DNA of 64,000 nucleotides from NCBI GenBank assembly GCA_951406725.2, contig OX597820.1, positions 103,664,001 to 103,728,000 of the forward strand, in the 5' to 3' direction. Source of the stretch: Octopus vulgaris (lineage: Eukaryota). Position 1 is the stretch's first letter; each line of letters begins with the position of its first letter. A model generated the notes under the pieces. It was not told the DNA's origin. It was given only the letters and a program-made list of their open reading frames with translations, and did not search any database. The position numbers and the translations under genes are program-made. This document shows positions 1 through 12,324 of the stretch, piece by piece.

Positions 1-552
1 GGGGGAGTTAATTGATTTTATCTAACCCAGTGTTTAACTGGTATTTTATTTTATCGACCCTGGATGAAGGGCAAAGTGGACCTCGGTGAGATTTGAGTTA
101 AGAACGTAATGAGTCGGAAGAAAAGCTGCAAAGCATTTTGTCCGGCATGCTAACGATTCTCTTTTAACTCTAGGCACAAGGCCCGAAATTTGGGGGGAGA
201 GGACAGTTGATTAGATCGATCCCAGCAACTGGTACTTAATTTATCGACCTCGAAAGGATGAAATGCAAAGTCGACCTCGGCGGAATTTGAACTCAGAACG
301 TTGCGGCAGACGTAATACCTATTTCTTTACTACCCACAAGGGGCTAAACAGAGAGGGGACAAACAAGGACAGACAAACGGATTAAGTCAATTACATGGAC
401 CCCAGTGCGTAACTGGTACTTAATTTATCGACCCCGAAAGGATGAAAAGCAGAGTCGACCTCGGCGGAATTTGAACTGAGAACGTAACGGCAGACGAAAT
501 ACCGCTACGCATTTCGCCCGGCGTGCTAACTTTTCTGCCAGCTCGCAGCCTT
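1..552 (-). mobile_element. tRNA-derived SINE family A (Meta-domain-like core), nested/tandem copies
   Basis: On the minus strand: head ggcgagctggcagaa..gttagcacgccgggcg, B box gagttcaaattcc, core gactttgcctttcatcctttcggggtcgataaattaagtaccag. One unit with the long tail (320-500) is joined at gaaata|ggtatt to older copies. Confidence 0.85.
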
Positions 553-790
553 AGCGAAATAGGAAAATAGTATTTAAAAAATGTACCCAAACTAGTAAGT
601 ATTGGGTTGCCACCCTATCTTCCTCCAGCTTTTGCATTTTGGGCGTTCTGCTGGGTTATGTAAGACAGCGTAGGTGGAGAGGGTGTCCATGTTTGCGACG
701 AAACTGGAACCTAAAAAGCACCAGGGAAATGTATGGTGCATACAGAGTCTGGAACAACTGCGTGTGACAGCCGCATTACACCTTCATTAT

Positions 791-1010
791 GAATGTTGGT
801 AGAATCATTAGCACGTCGGATAAAATGCTTAATGACATCCCTTCCGGCTCTTTACATTCTGTATGAAAATGCCGCCAAGATTAACTTCGCTTTTCATCCT
901 CTCAAGGTCGATAAAATGAATAACCAGACCAGCACTGGGGTCGATGTTATAGACTTAACCCCTCCCCTAAAAACCATTATGAATATAAGGCATTGTGTGA
1001 CCTTGTAACA
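791..1010 (+). mobile_element. Degenerate SINE family A copy
   Basis: cttttcatcctctcaaggtcgataaaatgaataaccag...ggggtcgatg matches the family A core. Confidence 0.65.
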
Positions 1011-2425
1011 AATTGATTTATAATTATGAGAGTCGGTTTATTGTTGTTGTTTAACACTAGGTTAGACCCCCAACAAGCATGGCACGATAATATCATTTTT
1101 TCTTTTATATTTTAGACATAGTTTATCAAGGACTATATTATCCGATGTCTTCGTTTTAAGAGAGTATGGTAATTTGAAGGAAATTAGGCTGCTATTTCTG
1201 ACGTATCGAATGGCCACAAAAAGGTACTTGCTGGATTCATAAGATTCTCGATGATAAATACAGTAAAGGACTCCCGCAAAATCAACACAATATTCTGTAA
1301 CGTCCCAATGGTTTGCTTTGAAGTAATGCAAACAGTGATGTATTTGAAGCTAGCCTACTGTACTATTAATTTTTATATTTTACGTCTAATTATTTCTTTG
1401 TATAATAGTACTCACTTGCTTAGTAAATATTGCTTTCATTATTTTATCACAGTCATAATCTCTCTTTTTTTAAACAAACATCACGGTAGTCCAACAACAG
1501 AGCGAGAAGCAGCTTGTCAAGTTTTACCTTCCCCTCAAAGCAACATAGAGATTTCAATTCAGCATCCCATCTGTAAGCTTTGCAGTGTATGTGAGAGAGG
1601 AAGAACACTGCAAGCAATGACTGAAATAAGCATGAAATGAAAAAATCGTATAAATGAAAGGGCACTATTTCTGATGTATACGCCCTCGACTTTGTTGCCC
1701 CTTAACGTCCAGAAAAATGGATACTTTTTAACAAAATTTTCTATAAATACTGCTTAGATGTTGTGGCTTCAGAGTATATAGGGATCTATGGGAAAGAATT
1801 TTTTCAAGGGGGTGGAGAGAGGAGTTTCAGAAAATTCATTCGATCTGACTTTTTTCCCTCATAACTTTCAGGAAGATAGATATCTTTTTACTAAAATTTA
1901 TACAAATACCTTTCAAACGGCATAGATTACGATTATAAAGAAATTTGTGGGGAAAACTTTTTCGGGGATTTATCCCCATTTTTTTAAAACCACAGCCTTC
2001 GAAATGATGGGGTTGGGGGGATCTTTGTATGAAAAAAGTTTTGTAAACACATTTTTTTTACACCCTCATCGTCCTACTCCGCACCTATTTTGGCCAATTT
2101 TTTTTTTGCACTTCAAAACCGTGGGAAAAGCATTTTCGTTAAAAAAATTTTTTATTGTTAATATTTTCAGAGGATAAAGTGAGTGATTTAAGGGCAATTT
2201 GGCTGTTGTTTCTAGCACATCCAAAGATAATATCTCTATCACCCTTGCATGTATTAATGTTTTTCAATATTTTCCCCATAAAATGCTATAAAAAAGAAAA
2301 TTTAAGAAATTATGAATTTTTTGCAACCCCACTCCCTGCTCCCGATTGTTTCTGTTTAGAAATTAAAATATTGCAGAGCCTGAGAAGGTCATTGCTGCCA
2401 TTTATCCACAGTGATTTAAAAAAAT

Positions 2426-2660
2426 TACGGAGATGTACTTGCATAGCAAATGACTTGATCTGAGATCGTGTGCTGAAAGTAAAACAATTGCAGCGTGGAA
2501 GATATTTGTAAGCCATTCAAGAAAACCACAAATACAGTTAGTTTCACTTCAACATTAAAACTTCATTTGTGTCAAAATATTTTCCTCGCTTTGAAACCGC
2601 GACCTCTTCACTGACAAAACTTCACGAAAGTAATGCAGCACGAAGTTTTGTCAGTGAACA
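2426..2660 (-). mobile_element. Short non-autonomous PLE-type element, family B, copy 1
   Basis: Homologous to 45348-45620 and 48828-49077 (tacggagatgtacttgcatagcaa...). Terminal inverted repeat 2607-2623/2642-2658. Confidence 0.7.
2570..2616 (-). ncRNA. Degenerate minimal type I hammerhead ribozyme (family B)
   Basis: Minus strand TGTCA GTGAAGA G GTCGC..GCGAG GAAA ATAT T T TGACA. Two substitutions relative to the other two copies. Confidence 0.45.
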
Positions 2661-3013
2661 GCACACGTGCGCGCATGCACGCACGCACACATTCATTGCC
2701 TTTTATTTATGTGTATGTGTATCTATGTGTGCGCGCAAGTGTGTGTGTGTGTCACTATTGAAGTTGTGTTTGGAAACTGTGAATAAGGTGAAAGTTTCGA
2801 GTACTTGTCGGTAACATTTTGTTATTTCACTCCTCGTCTTTTAATAGCAATTACCCAACTTTCTAGGCTCTTCTCACAGCTATCCCACATTCAAAAATTG
2901 TACAAGTATTTAAAAAAATTTCATTCCATAAATAATGTTTTTACATTACATATACATAAAAAGTGAATTAAGACTTAAAAGAGAAAGTGAGAGACTTAGC
3001 AAATGAAAATGGT

Positions 3014-3938
3014 TTACGGAGTGCCGTAAAGCCCTGCTACTGTTCCGTCGCTCGGGTAATGCCAGCGGTTTTGGTACCACCGATTCTTTCTATAGCAGGT
3101 TGGTAAAGGCTGGAAATGATGAAGCTCTGGGGGAAGCACTGGATCTCGATGATAACCAGTTAGACAGTCTGTTCCAAAGGACATTCGGGCCGGGGACTTT
3201 AGATAACTTCCAAAAATTTCTGGCCTGGCAATGTTACTGAGGAGCCTCACCCGTTCGGGATAAGCTCACCAGACACGGCCAGCCTGGTCCATCGGCCTGT
3301 CAAAGATGTGATCAGGAAAGGGAAACCGTCCTGCACACTATTGTTCAGTGTCCGGAAGTGTCAGAAGTGTGGACTTATGCGGAACACCTGTTGTCGGATT
3401 TAAGAAGAGTACAGCTGTCGTCTGACTCAATTTAAAAAATTGATCTGCCAGATTTCCTAACGAAAGAAGGCAAGAATTGCAGTAGTAGCATTTGCGAAAG
3501 AGGCGATATGGAAGACGAGAAAGAAAGGAATGGCGACAGGCAACTTCATCTCCGGTCTCGAGTTGGTGAGATTCTTCACCTTTCACCTGAAAAGGAAAGT
3601 GAGGCTGGAGAAAATATGCCTGTCGGAGAGGATGTTTAAAGACAGATGGATGCGTTTAACGAGAATGCTGGGTGTGAAAGACTCCTCGTGAACGTGCCAT
3701 GAGGCTGAACAAAAAGGTACCGGTAGCAGAACAGGGCTCGTGGGATCGGAGCGTAACCTGTTTTTCTATCTCATTGTGCATGTGTAATTTTGTCTTTTGT
3801 AATGTATTTCATCCGACTATAATTCATCCGATTTTATTGTAAGCGTTTATAAATTTTTATTATCTTTTATATGTCTGAACCCAATCAGGCTGTGCTGTCC
3901 TCTCTACGTTGGCCCCCTATGGGCAATAAAGAAACAAA
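3014..3938 (+). mobile_element. 3' fragment of an L1/Tx1-clade LINE (ORF2 C-terminal zinc knuckle plus 3' UTR)
   Basis: From 3298 translates CQRCDQERETVLHTIVQCPEVSEVW (CxxC..ET..H....C...W motif of L1/Tx1 ORF2). Ends gccccctatgggcaataaagaaac. Confidence 0.75.
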
Positions 3939-5099
3939 TTTCTTAGAACATGAATTTATGAAAATATTTCCATACGGTCAACCCTTTAATAAATGGTTTC
4001 TTTTAGTACTTTTAGTAATTGTTACATACCTAATTAATAAGCAGCTTTCTCCATTATAATATAGAAAGTCGATTAAAATGAATGTACCATCCGCCCATCC
4101 CGAAATATTGGTTTTGCATTCGGTCAAACAAAATCATAGATAACGATCCCTAGTATGAATACTTTAAATATGAATGGGATCATAAATAATATACGTCTAT
4201 TTTCAGTAACAATGCCTTCAGTTTTCCCTTCATTAATTGAACCTTAACAGATTCACCGCTCAACTTTTCATGCATTTATATTGTTTGAATATTATATAGT
4301 CTGTTTAATCTATAACCTAGATTTGAATTTTCAATAGATTTCATTAAAGTTCATCTCACGGGCAGGTTTTAACTAAAAAAGCTACAAACTGCTGTTTTTA
4401 TGTCTTAAATTTATTTATTTGGTCTACGGCGTAGAAATCCATTCAGTATAAATATCTATGATTTCTTTTCATCGGGATCAATGGTAAATTTTATAGCAGA
4501 GAGAGTGAGTTATGGATTGAATGGATTACAATATATTACAGATATGTATATTATCAACCCTAGGAGATGAAGGCAGCATCGAGTTTGGTAAAATCTTAAT
4601 TCGGAAGGTAGAAAGAGAAGACTATGCAATTTTTACAGGTAGTAGTGAGTTTAAAACTGTGTATAGTAGACATGTGTATGTGTGTATGCATGTATGTGCT
4701 ATGTATGTATACATATGTATGCATATGTATGTTTGTCTGTGTGTGTGTTTCTTTGCGATGGACAGCAGAAAAGCCACCTTTCCCCTCTCTCCTTAAAGCC
4801 ACGTATTCCTCACATCCACACACCTTTCCCTTCCTCGGCATTTTAAAAGTTAGTTATGTGTAGTTCATGTGTGTACGTGTAGTGTGTGTGTGTGTGTGTG
4901 TATCTATGTATGTACGAAAGTATGTATGCAGCGTCGCATGTATATCCGTAAATGACAGCTGTATTAACGTTAACATCTCACTGCCACTCCATATTTGTCG
5001 CTAACACAACGATATTCCCCCCTTCCCTGATATCAGCCCACTCACTATGCCACTACATTTCTTTCACACTAACACTCTTTGCACCCTTTTCATTTTACC

Positions 5100-5282
5100 A
5101 AATAATATCCCCCCCCCTTCGAGGGCCCATTATAGATTTTTATTGAAATCCAATTAACCTATAATTGAACTGGCTGTTAGTTTAACATGTATGAAAAGTT
5201 TCGTCAAAATTGGTTCACTGATGTAGGCAGCAAAATGGTAACAGACAGATCGACAGACTGAAATTGCCATTTATGTATAAGA
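5100..5282 (-). mobile_element. Helitron-like 5' terminal fragment
   Basis: Minus strand starts a|tcttatacataaatggcaatttcagtctgtc with a ctgt microsatellite, resembling the 5' end of the adjacent Helitron. Confidence 0.45.
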
Positions 5283-5316
5283 TATATATAATTCACGCAA
5301 GTAAGAATATATAGAA

Positions 5317-6149
5317 CTAGCAGCATAGCCCGGCGTTGCCTGGGTATGTAAGAAACTTTGTCGATAAGCAATGCCCTTTACCTTTTTACCCTTTTTTATA
5401 CTCATTGAACCGTTATTTTGTAAAATCATGGTCGGTCTCAAAGTGATATGGTTTTGTTGATTTCTCCCAATACTTGTTAATTGCATTGACAAAAGGTCGT
5501 TAGTTTGACATTTAATGCAAACTTGATGTCCAGCATCGGTGTAGGGAAAATCTATGTGAACTTTCAAAAAATATCGCAGAAAAATCAGTTTGCTATGTGT
5601 GCCACATATGATGTAATTAACCGATTTTTTCCAGTAATAACGTATTCTATTGGAATCAAAGGGGCCATATAGCTCCTTGGAGCAGACATGATGCTCGCAG
5701 TGAATTTCAAAAAATTCCTGCCAGTTTGTTAAAGATATTGTCGAAAATATGTCAACGTGAATTTGAACGCGATTTCCCAAAATGGCATGATTTTATCGAT
5801 TTTCTTCTGATGGTAAGGTATTGCATGGAAAACTAACGTCAGAATTAAGTTCCTTAGGGTAACATTAAGCTTCACCATGAGTTTAGTGAAAATCGATTGC
5901 AAGTTGCGAAAACTACAACGGAAAATGTGTTGCATATGATAAGCTTAAATTCTCGACCCCATGTCGAATTTATCGATTTTTTCAGAACTGGGGAAACTTT
6001 TCAAAATTTTCGCTGCGTTAGTTTTGAATTATAACATTGGGCTATGTGTGTGTCAAGTTTCATCAGAATCGGTTGAAAGCCGTGGTCAGGGTAAGGGTAC
6101 AACCTGACAGATACACAGACAGACAAACTGCATTTTATATAGAGAGAGA
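5317..6149 (-). mobile_element. Non-autonomous Helitron
   Basis: Minus strand has a 5' A|TC start (tctctctctatataaaat), a 3' GC hairpin cccaggcaacgccggg (5329-5344) followed by CTAG|T, and no TSD. Confidence 0.75.
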
Positions 6150-6477
6150 TAATTGGTTTCGGTGTTGCAAATACACCTGGATCTCTGGATCTTAAAACGA
6201 ACTGTAGTTTTTAAATGTTTTAATTTTTCACAAATTTATTAAAATACCGGTTACAGAATTTTTATTTTTCAATGGAAAATGGATACAAGATAACAGTTTA
6301 AAAGAAAGTGAATATACAGAAGAAAATTTATAGCCAAACAAAAAGATAAAAAAAAGTCAAATATAAATGCAATTTCAAATATTCAATAAATTTCACAATG
6401 ATATAAAATGATAAAAGTTCAAGTTATCGTCAAATTTCATAGCAATAATATATGATCGAGGATTCAATAGGTTTCGA

Positions 6478-6920
6478 GTAATAAGCTTCCAGTATTTTTT
6501 TTTTTCAAGCTTTAATTAATAATACTTCAAATTATATACGAAATGTGTGTATTCATCAAAATATATTCCTTCATATTCTATTGTTTGTTGCTATCGTTGT
6601 GCCCGAAGCTCAATTCCACCCTTATACTGCTTAGATATTTTAGAAGCAAAAAAACTCCCTACACCCATTTTCAATTTCATACAAATTGTTGAAACTCCGT
6701 CCATGCAGAAAATGAGCCATGGCTCGCAAAAGGTGGTAATCTGATGGTGCAAGGTCTATGCATGGTGAGGCAGCACTCCCAGCCCTGCAACTTCCTCAGT
6801 TTTGTACTTGTGAGCTGGAGCATTCTCCATATACTCGCTGCATTTGTTGGACATAAAGGTTAGTGTTCACAGCATGACCATCTGAGATAGGCTCAAAATG
6901 TAACACCCTCTCAGCATTGC
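6478..6920 (-). pseudogene. Mariner transposase C-terminal remnant
   Basis: Minus translation DLAPSDYHLLRAMAHFLHGRSFNNLYEIENGCREFFASK...IEYEGIYFDE (mariner YSPDLAPSDYHLF motif). Confidence 0.8.
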
Positions 6921-8350
6921 ATCAAACACACAAAAGTACTTGTATGAGTGCGTATGAATGTGTATGGACATGTATAAATACATAATACGAAGATGTGTAT
7001 CTGTGCGTGCGCGGATGCATATATTTGTGTGTGCGTAAGTATATAATCTTGAATAGACACATTTGTAAGTTTATACTGAAATAGATGCTTGTAAGTTTAT
7101 AACTCCAGGTTAGTCTCAATCGAGAACACTTATAAAAAGCTATGACCGTTCGAAGTTACACTGTACCTCGAGCTTCATTATCTAGAGTATCCTTTTTTTT
7201 CAATGACATTACAGTGTAGTCTGAAGGAGACTTGGCTGTTATTGTTAGTTTCCTCGTATTTTATCAAGAAGTTTCATTGATTAGCCCCAGATAACTCGTG
7301 ATTGAACAGATTTATGAGGAGAAGCGTTCTAACCATGATGATCCTGTTTTATCAGATACATTGTATCCAGAACTACCTTATACAATGTACATCACGTTAA
7401 AAGATGTTAAAACGTGGTTTGGGGAAAGATTTGCTTGGTACTTTTGGATGGTAATGCGTGGTTCAGGGTGACATAGCTTAACTTTAATCATTTAATCAGG
7501 CAATCTACCGTTCTCTGATATCCATCGTTTTATATTCTATTGGTTTCTTGGCGAAGGAGAGAAAACTATCAAAGAAATCGCCCCTAAGATTTGATTGGTG
7601 ACTTATCTTCTCCCACATTATGAAAGACCTAAAAGTCTCTTGCCGTAGTTTAAACTCCACCACTTAGTAATCTGTTATCACGCAATAAGGACAAATATTA
7701 TTTCTACCATGCAGAGCATCAGTATGATACATAAAATTACTTCATTAAATCTTTAAAATTAGAAGTATTCATTAATTGGAGATTGATTCTATTAACTATA
7801 TTGAAAGAAAAGAACTTAGCTGCGTATATAAAAGAACTATGAAAAGCAATAAAATTTTAGTTCCGCTTTTGCTCGCCTGTAGCTTATCATGGACTCGTCT
7901 GTTTTATTCAGAGATATTATTGTTTGCCTATGTATTTGCCATCTAGGCTTTGTGTCGGTATTAGAAATCTTTATTAACAGTATTGTCACGTCACAAAACG
8001 TTGGATCTTTCAGACAATTTGTGCAAAATTTCTGGAAACAGCGTTATTCCAAATATAATTTTCTTGTTCTTTCTAACTCTGCAGTTAGGGTCATGCATGC
8101 TATGAATATAACCGTTGCTCTTATAAGACAGCATATGTCTGTTGGGCCAGATATTCAGCAAGGATCACAGACAACAGGTGGATCCGTGCAGTCGTCGAGT
8201 GTTGTCCAAGACATCGGGAGTGTTGTTCAAGACGATGGGAAGATGACAGTCTTTCGAGCCCAAATGGAAGAGAAGGGCATAATCAAGGAAAGAAGGGAAG
8301 CGCACTATGACCAGCGATGTATAAGGACATCGATATCTCGGTCGATTGAA

Positions 8351-8397
<47 letters not shown>

Positions 8398-8399
<2 letters not shown>

Positions 8400-8682
8400 T
8401 ACAAAGAAAGGAATGTTCTCTAGAGGAAAATTCCTCTAGAGAACATTCCTTTCTTTGTAGTTTGATCGTAGGTGATCTATTTCTTCTTTCCTTTCTTTGT
8501 AGTTTGATGGTAGGTGATCTACTTCTAGCACACGGCCGACCACCTAGTGGTCTTGTCCTTCAAACATACACATGTATTAGAATTTTCTCTGATATTTCAG
8601 ATTTTTGTATGCTAGGCTACTGGTTTTAAATTGATATTAATTAAATTAATATTCAATTTATCTCCCTCATTATTTAAAATTT
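8398..8682. repeat. (TA)n-flanked element starting with a perfect 31-bp fold-back and a 39-bp tandem duplication
   Basis: Arms 8398-8428/8431-8461; duplication 8446-8484/8488-8526; TA tracts on both sides. Confidence 0.7.
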
Positions 8683-9301
8683 ATATATATATATATATAT
8701 ATATATTGAAATACACTTTATCAACAGTAGTTACCTTCAATGCGATCTAACATGAAATGGTTTTCTACCTCTGTTATAGAATGTAATTCACAGGAAATAT
8801 GGCTGCTATTTTAAACTGGCCGAGCTCCCACCAACACGTTTCATTGCTGACTCAAACCTTACTCACCACATGTGAAATAACTAAACACTGTGTCCTTCAA
8901 AGCATAACTATATCACACAAATATGTCATAACGAATTCGCTTATATTTTTATTTGTAAACTATAAGCTATTCTATTATAATAATATTTTTTTATTCTTAT
9001 TTATTCAATTCAGAATTTTGAGAAAACATTTTCTTCCCATGGTAAAAGATATCCTTTTGTTCATACTAAAAAATAAAGTTGTTGGAGCAACTTTACTGCA
9101 CTTTACAAACACAAATTTTACTTATCAATTTATTTATTACCAAATTTATAACTGTTTTTTTTATTTTACGTAGGTGTAAAACTATTACTTAAAGAGGTCA
9201 CTCGTATACTTGGTGTTGTAAGTGAAACATTTTAATTAAAATTATGACTTCAGTGATGAGTACAATCACTATTTAGATGATTAATTCAGTTAAAACAAAT
9301 C

Positions 9302-9566
9302 GGTTCTACTTTAGCGTGTGGTCTACTGCTATCTCCATAGTCTACGCAGTGAAATACCCAAGTTAGGATTAGGGTTAGGGTTAGTGTTCGAGTTAGATTT
9401 AGGATTAGGATTAGGTTAGGTTTTCAGGGTTAGGGCGGGAGTTTTGGGCTAGAGTCAGGGTTTAGGGTAAAAGCTGGGGTTTAGGATTAGGGTTATACTG
9501 AGGGTTAGGGTTAGACTGAATGCTAAATTGTAAATGGCCAGGTAGACCGCACGCTAAAGTACCACC
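9302..9566. mobile_element. MITE with internal degenerate TTAGGG repeats
   Basis: TIRs tactttagcgtgtggtctac (9307-9326) / gtagaccgcacgctaaagta (9542-9561); ttaggg-like array at about 9363-9514. Confidence 0.7.
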
Positions 9567-10244
9567 AAAGACTCTACTAAGCCAACAGGGAGAATATTTA
9601 CGTAGCCGTTTGACTCTGTTAGAAACAGCAGTCACATGTCCTTCATATCACATCTTACCATCTAGAATAAGAAACATATTGGATAGTGTAGACCTAAAGA
9701 CTCGAGAGGAACACCTTTGATCATAGGTCTGCACAGACCTGACCTGGTGCTAAATAACAACAGCAACAACAACAAAGCTTTGTTGAGAAAATACCCTCTT
9801 GCATAGACACAAGGTCTTCAGGTAATAGACTGTAAATGAGCGGGGGAGTGGGAGAATAGGATAGTATAACGTTCGTGTCTTTGTCAATGTTATAGTAACT
9901 ATAGTAATTTCTCACCGGGAAATATTATAAAATACACGTTCACATTTTATAGGAAAGTTATGTAGGTATTATTGTTGTTATTGTGGTGATGGCGGCGGGA
10001 GTGGTGGTGGTGGTGGTGGTGATGGTGGTGGTCATCGTTCTCGTCGTCTTCGTAGCCGTCGTCGAGGTTGTTGTGCTTATGGGTGTGTACCTGGCGGATC
10101 GCTAACTTTGGCGGGTCCAGCCTAGATCTACCCACTCTTTATTTAGACTGTGTTCAGGACTACATATATTATCCAATGCGTCCATGGGTGTAATCTGAGA
10201 GGTATTTGGTCGTTATTTCTAAGAGGTCGAGTAATCACGTGAGG

Positions 10245-10870
10245 CAGCGGGCCCTAACCATTTTGCACCTCGGACCTGTTTCATGTATGACAGTTTTTCC
10301 ACTAATTGAGGGATCTCACGCATAGCAAAACACAATACAGTGCACAATACGCATTGTAATTATTACATACTTGTAACTATACACTTTGTAATTACTACAT
10401 ACTTGTAATTATACATACTCGTATATATTAAATATATGCATAATACATATATAATGTAAGAACACCCAGTAGACTGCAATAACCAATAAAACAAATAAAA
10501 TCTTAAAATGTATGCTTTCTATGCAGCCCGTTCTGCTCTGCGGCCAAGTACTAATCTGCGGCCCGGTACTGGTCTGCGGACCGGTGCTGGTCTGCGGCCC
10601 GGTACTGGCCTACAGCCTGGTACTGGTCTTCGGCCCGGTACTAGTCTGCAGCAGCCCATTTCTGTTCTGTAACTTGGTACTGGTCTGCGACCCGGTGCTG
10701 GTCTGCGGCCCGGTACCAGGTACTAGTCTGCATCCCGTTTCTGTTCTGCAGCCCGGTAATGGTCTACAACCCGGTAATGGTCTGCGGCCCGGCTCTGTTC
10801 TGCAGCTTGCTACTGGTCTGCGGCCCGGTACTGGTAATTATATTGTACATGATAAAACTATTGGTGGTTA
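10245..10870 (+). mobile_element. hAT/Charlie-like MITE fragment with an 18-bp minisatellite (ctgcggcccggtactggt)n at about 10525-10835
   Basis: Start cagcgggccctaaccattttgcacctcggacctgtttcatg resembles hAT MITE ends. The tandem unit is directly visible. Confidence 0.5.
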
Positions 10871-11041
10871 TTAAAATAAAATGGGACACAAGGAAGTCAT
10901 TCACTTCACTTGCAATGTATAAAGTAAATTTACAACTTGTATCTTTATTCATCTTTTACCATTTCATTATTAAAAGCTTTTACTATCCATTTTTAGAGTA
11001 TAATTTATAAATTACCATGTTAAATTAGTTTAGTCGTCATA

Positions 11042-11226
11042 CCTATTTCTTTACTACCCACAAGGGGCTAAACACAGAAGGGACAAACAAGGACAGACAA
11101 AGAGATTAAGTCGATTACATCGACCCTAGTGGATAACTGGTACTTAATTTATCGACCCTGAAAGGATGAAAGGCAAAGTCGACCTCGGCGGAATTTGAAC
11201 TCGGAACGTAACGGAAGACGAAATAC
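11042..11226 (-). mobile_element. Headless unit of tailed SINE family A
   Basis: Minus strand runs from gtatttcgtc to gtagtaaagaaata, followed by ggtat; about one repeat unit long. Confidence 0.8.
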
Positions 11227-12008
11227 ACCTCAGTCACCACTCAAGTGGGTGATAGGCATAACAACTACTTAAAAGTGGGGCCGCTACAGAAAAAATTAAG
11301 AACCACTGAGCTAAACCATTATTCGTAGTTCGATATGCCATAAATAGAGCTATACAATACAAAAAGCAAATTGTTCTCGACGAACTCTTTTTGTTTCTCT
11401 GTCAAGTTAGAAAACAGGTTTTTTAAGTCTTAAATGAATGGATGACCACACCTAAAAAGTGTCTCGGGTGTTGATGTCTACCCAAAGTGATTCACTGTGT
11501 GTTGTATCTGTAGTTTATCAATCTTCTTTTCATATGCGGCTGCTCGGACACTAAAAATTTCGCGAAGTAATATTTAGGCCAACTTAAACGTGGCTTTCCT
11601 CTGTTAGAACAAACTGTACTGCTGTAGAAACCACGAGAAAAATTCTCACATTAGCTTTTAGTCTCCCTGTTAACAATATAAACAAGGGAGCAGTTTGCAC
11701 CAAAAGCCTACGTCAGAGTTTCTCACCGTATCTACTGCACTATTGTTTGTTCTAACAAGATATACGCGTTTAAGTGGGCATAAATATTGATTTCAAATTT
11801 TGGCACAAGGCCAGCAACTTCGAGGGAGGAATAAGTCGATTACATCGACCTTCCTGTTCAAGTGGTACTTATTTTATCGACCCCGAAAGGATGAATAGCA
11901 AAGTCGACCTCGGCGGAATTAGAACGGAATTAGAGTATAAAGCAGGACAAAATGCCGCCACCACCTTAGAGAGGGTATAAATATTACCTCTTAGTATTAA
12001 TACTACCT

Positions 12009-12245
12009 GTGGAGGCGCGTAGCTTAGTGGTTAGGGTGTCAGCATCATGATCGTAAGATTGTGGTTTCGATTCCTGAACCGGACGACGCGTTGTGTTCTT
12101 GGGCAAAACATTCATTTCACGTTGCTCCAGTCTACTCAGCTGGCAAAAATGAGTAACGCTGCGATGGTCTGGCGTCCCGTCCAGCTGGGGAGCACATGCC
12201 ATAGAAACCGGGCCCATGAGCCTGGCTAGGCTTTAAAAGGGCGCA
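12009..12245 (+). mobile_element. tRNA-derived SINE family C
   Basis: A box tagcttagtgg, B box ggtttcgattcc, then ttcacgttgctccagtctactcagctggc. Homologous to 56760-57174. Confidence 0.75.
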
Positions 12246-12324
12246 TTTATTTTATTAATACTAGCTCTGTTGTTAATATATATATATATTACCCACGATT
12301 ACACCAACGGCAATAGTGAATTCA

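Noticed and set aside
7889-8353. 154-aa ORF
   Set aside because: No recognisable domain or splice support on either strand; could be decayed transposon sequence.
9363-9514. Chromosome-end or fusion telomere relic
   Set aside because: The tract is enclosed by TIRs and is better explained as MITE cargo.
10245-11308. Single hAT element from cagcgg to ccactg
   Set aside because: No 8-bp TSD, so the two ends may belong to different elements.
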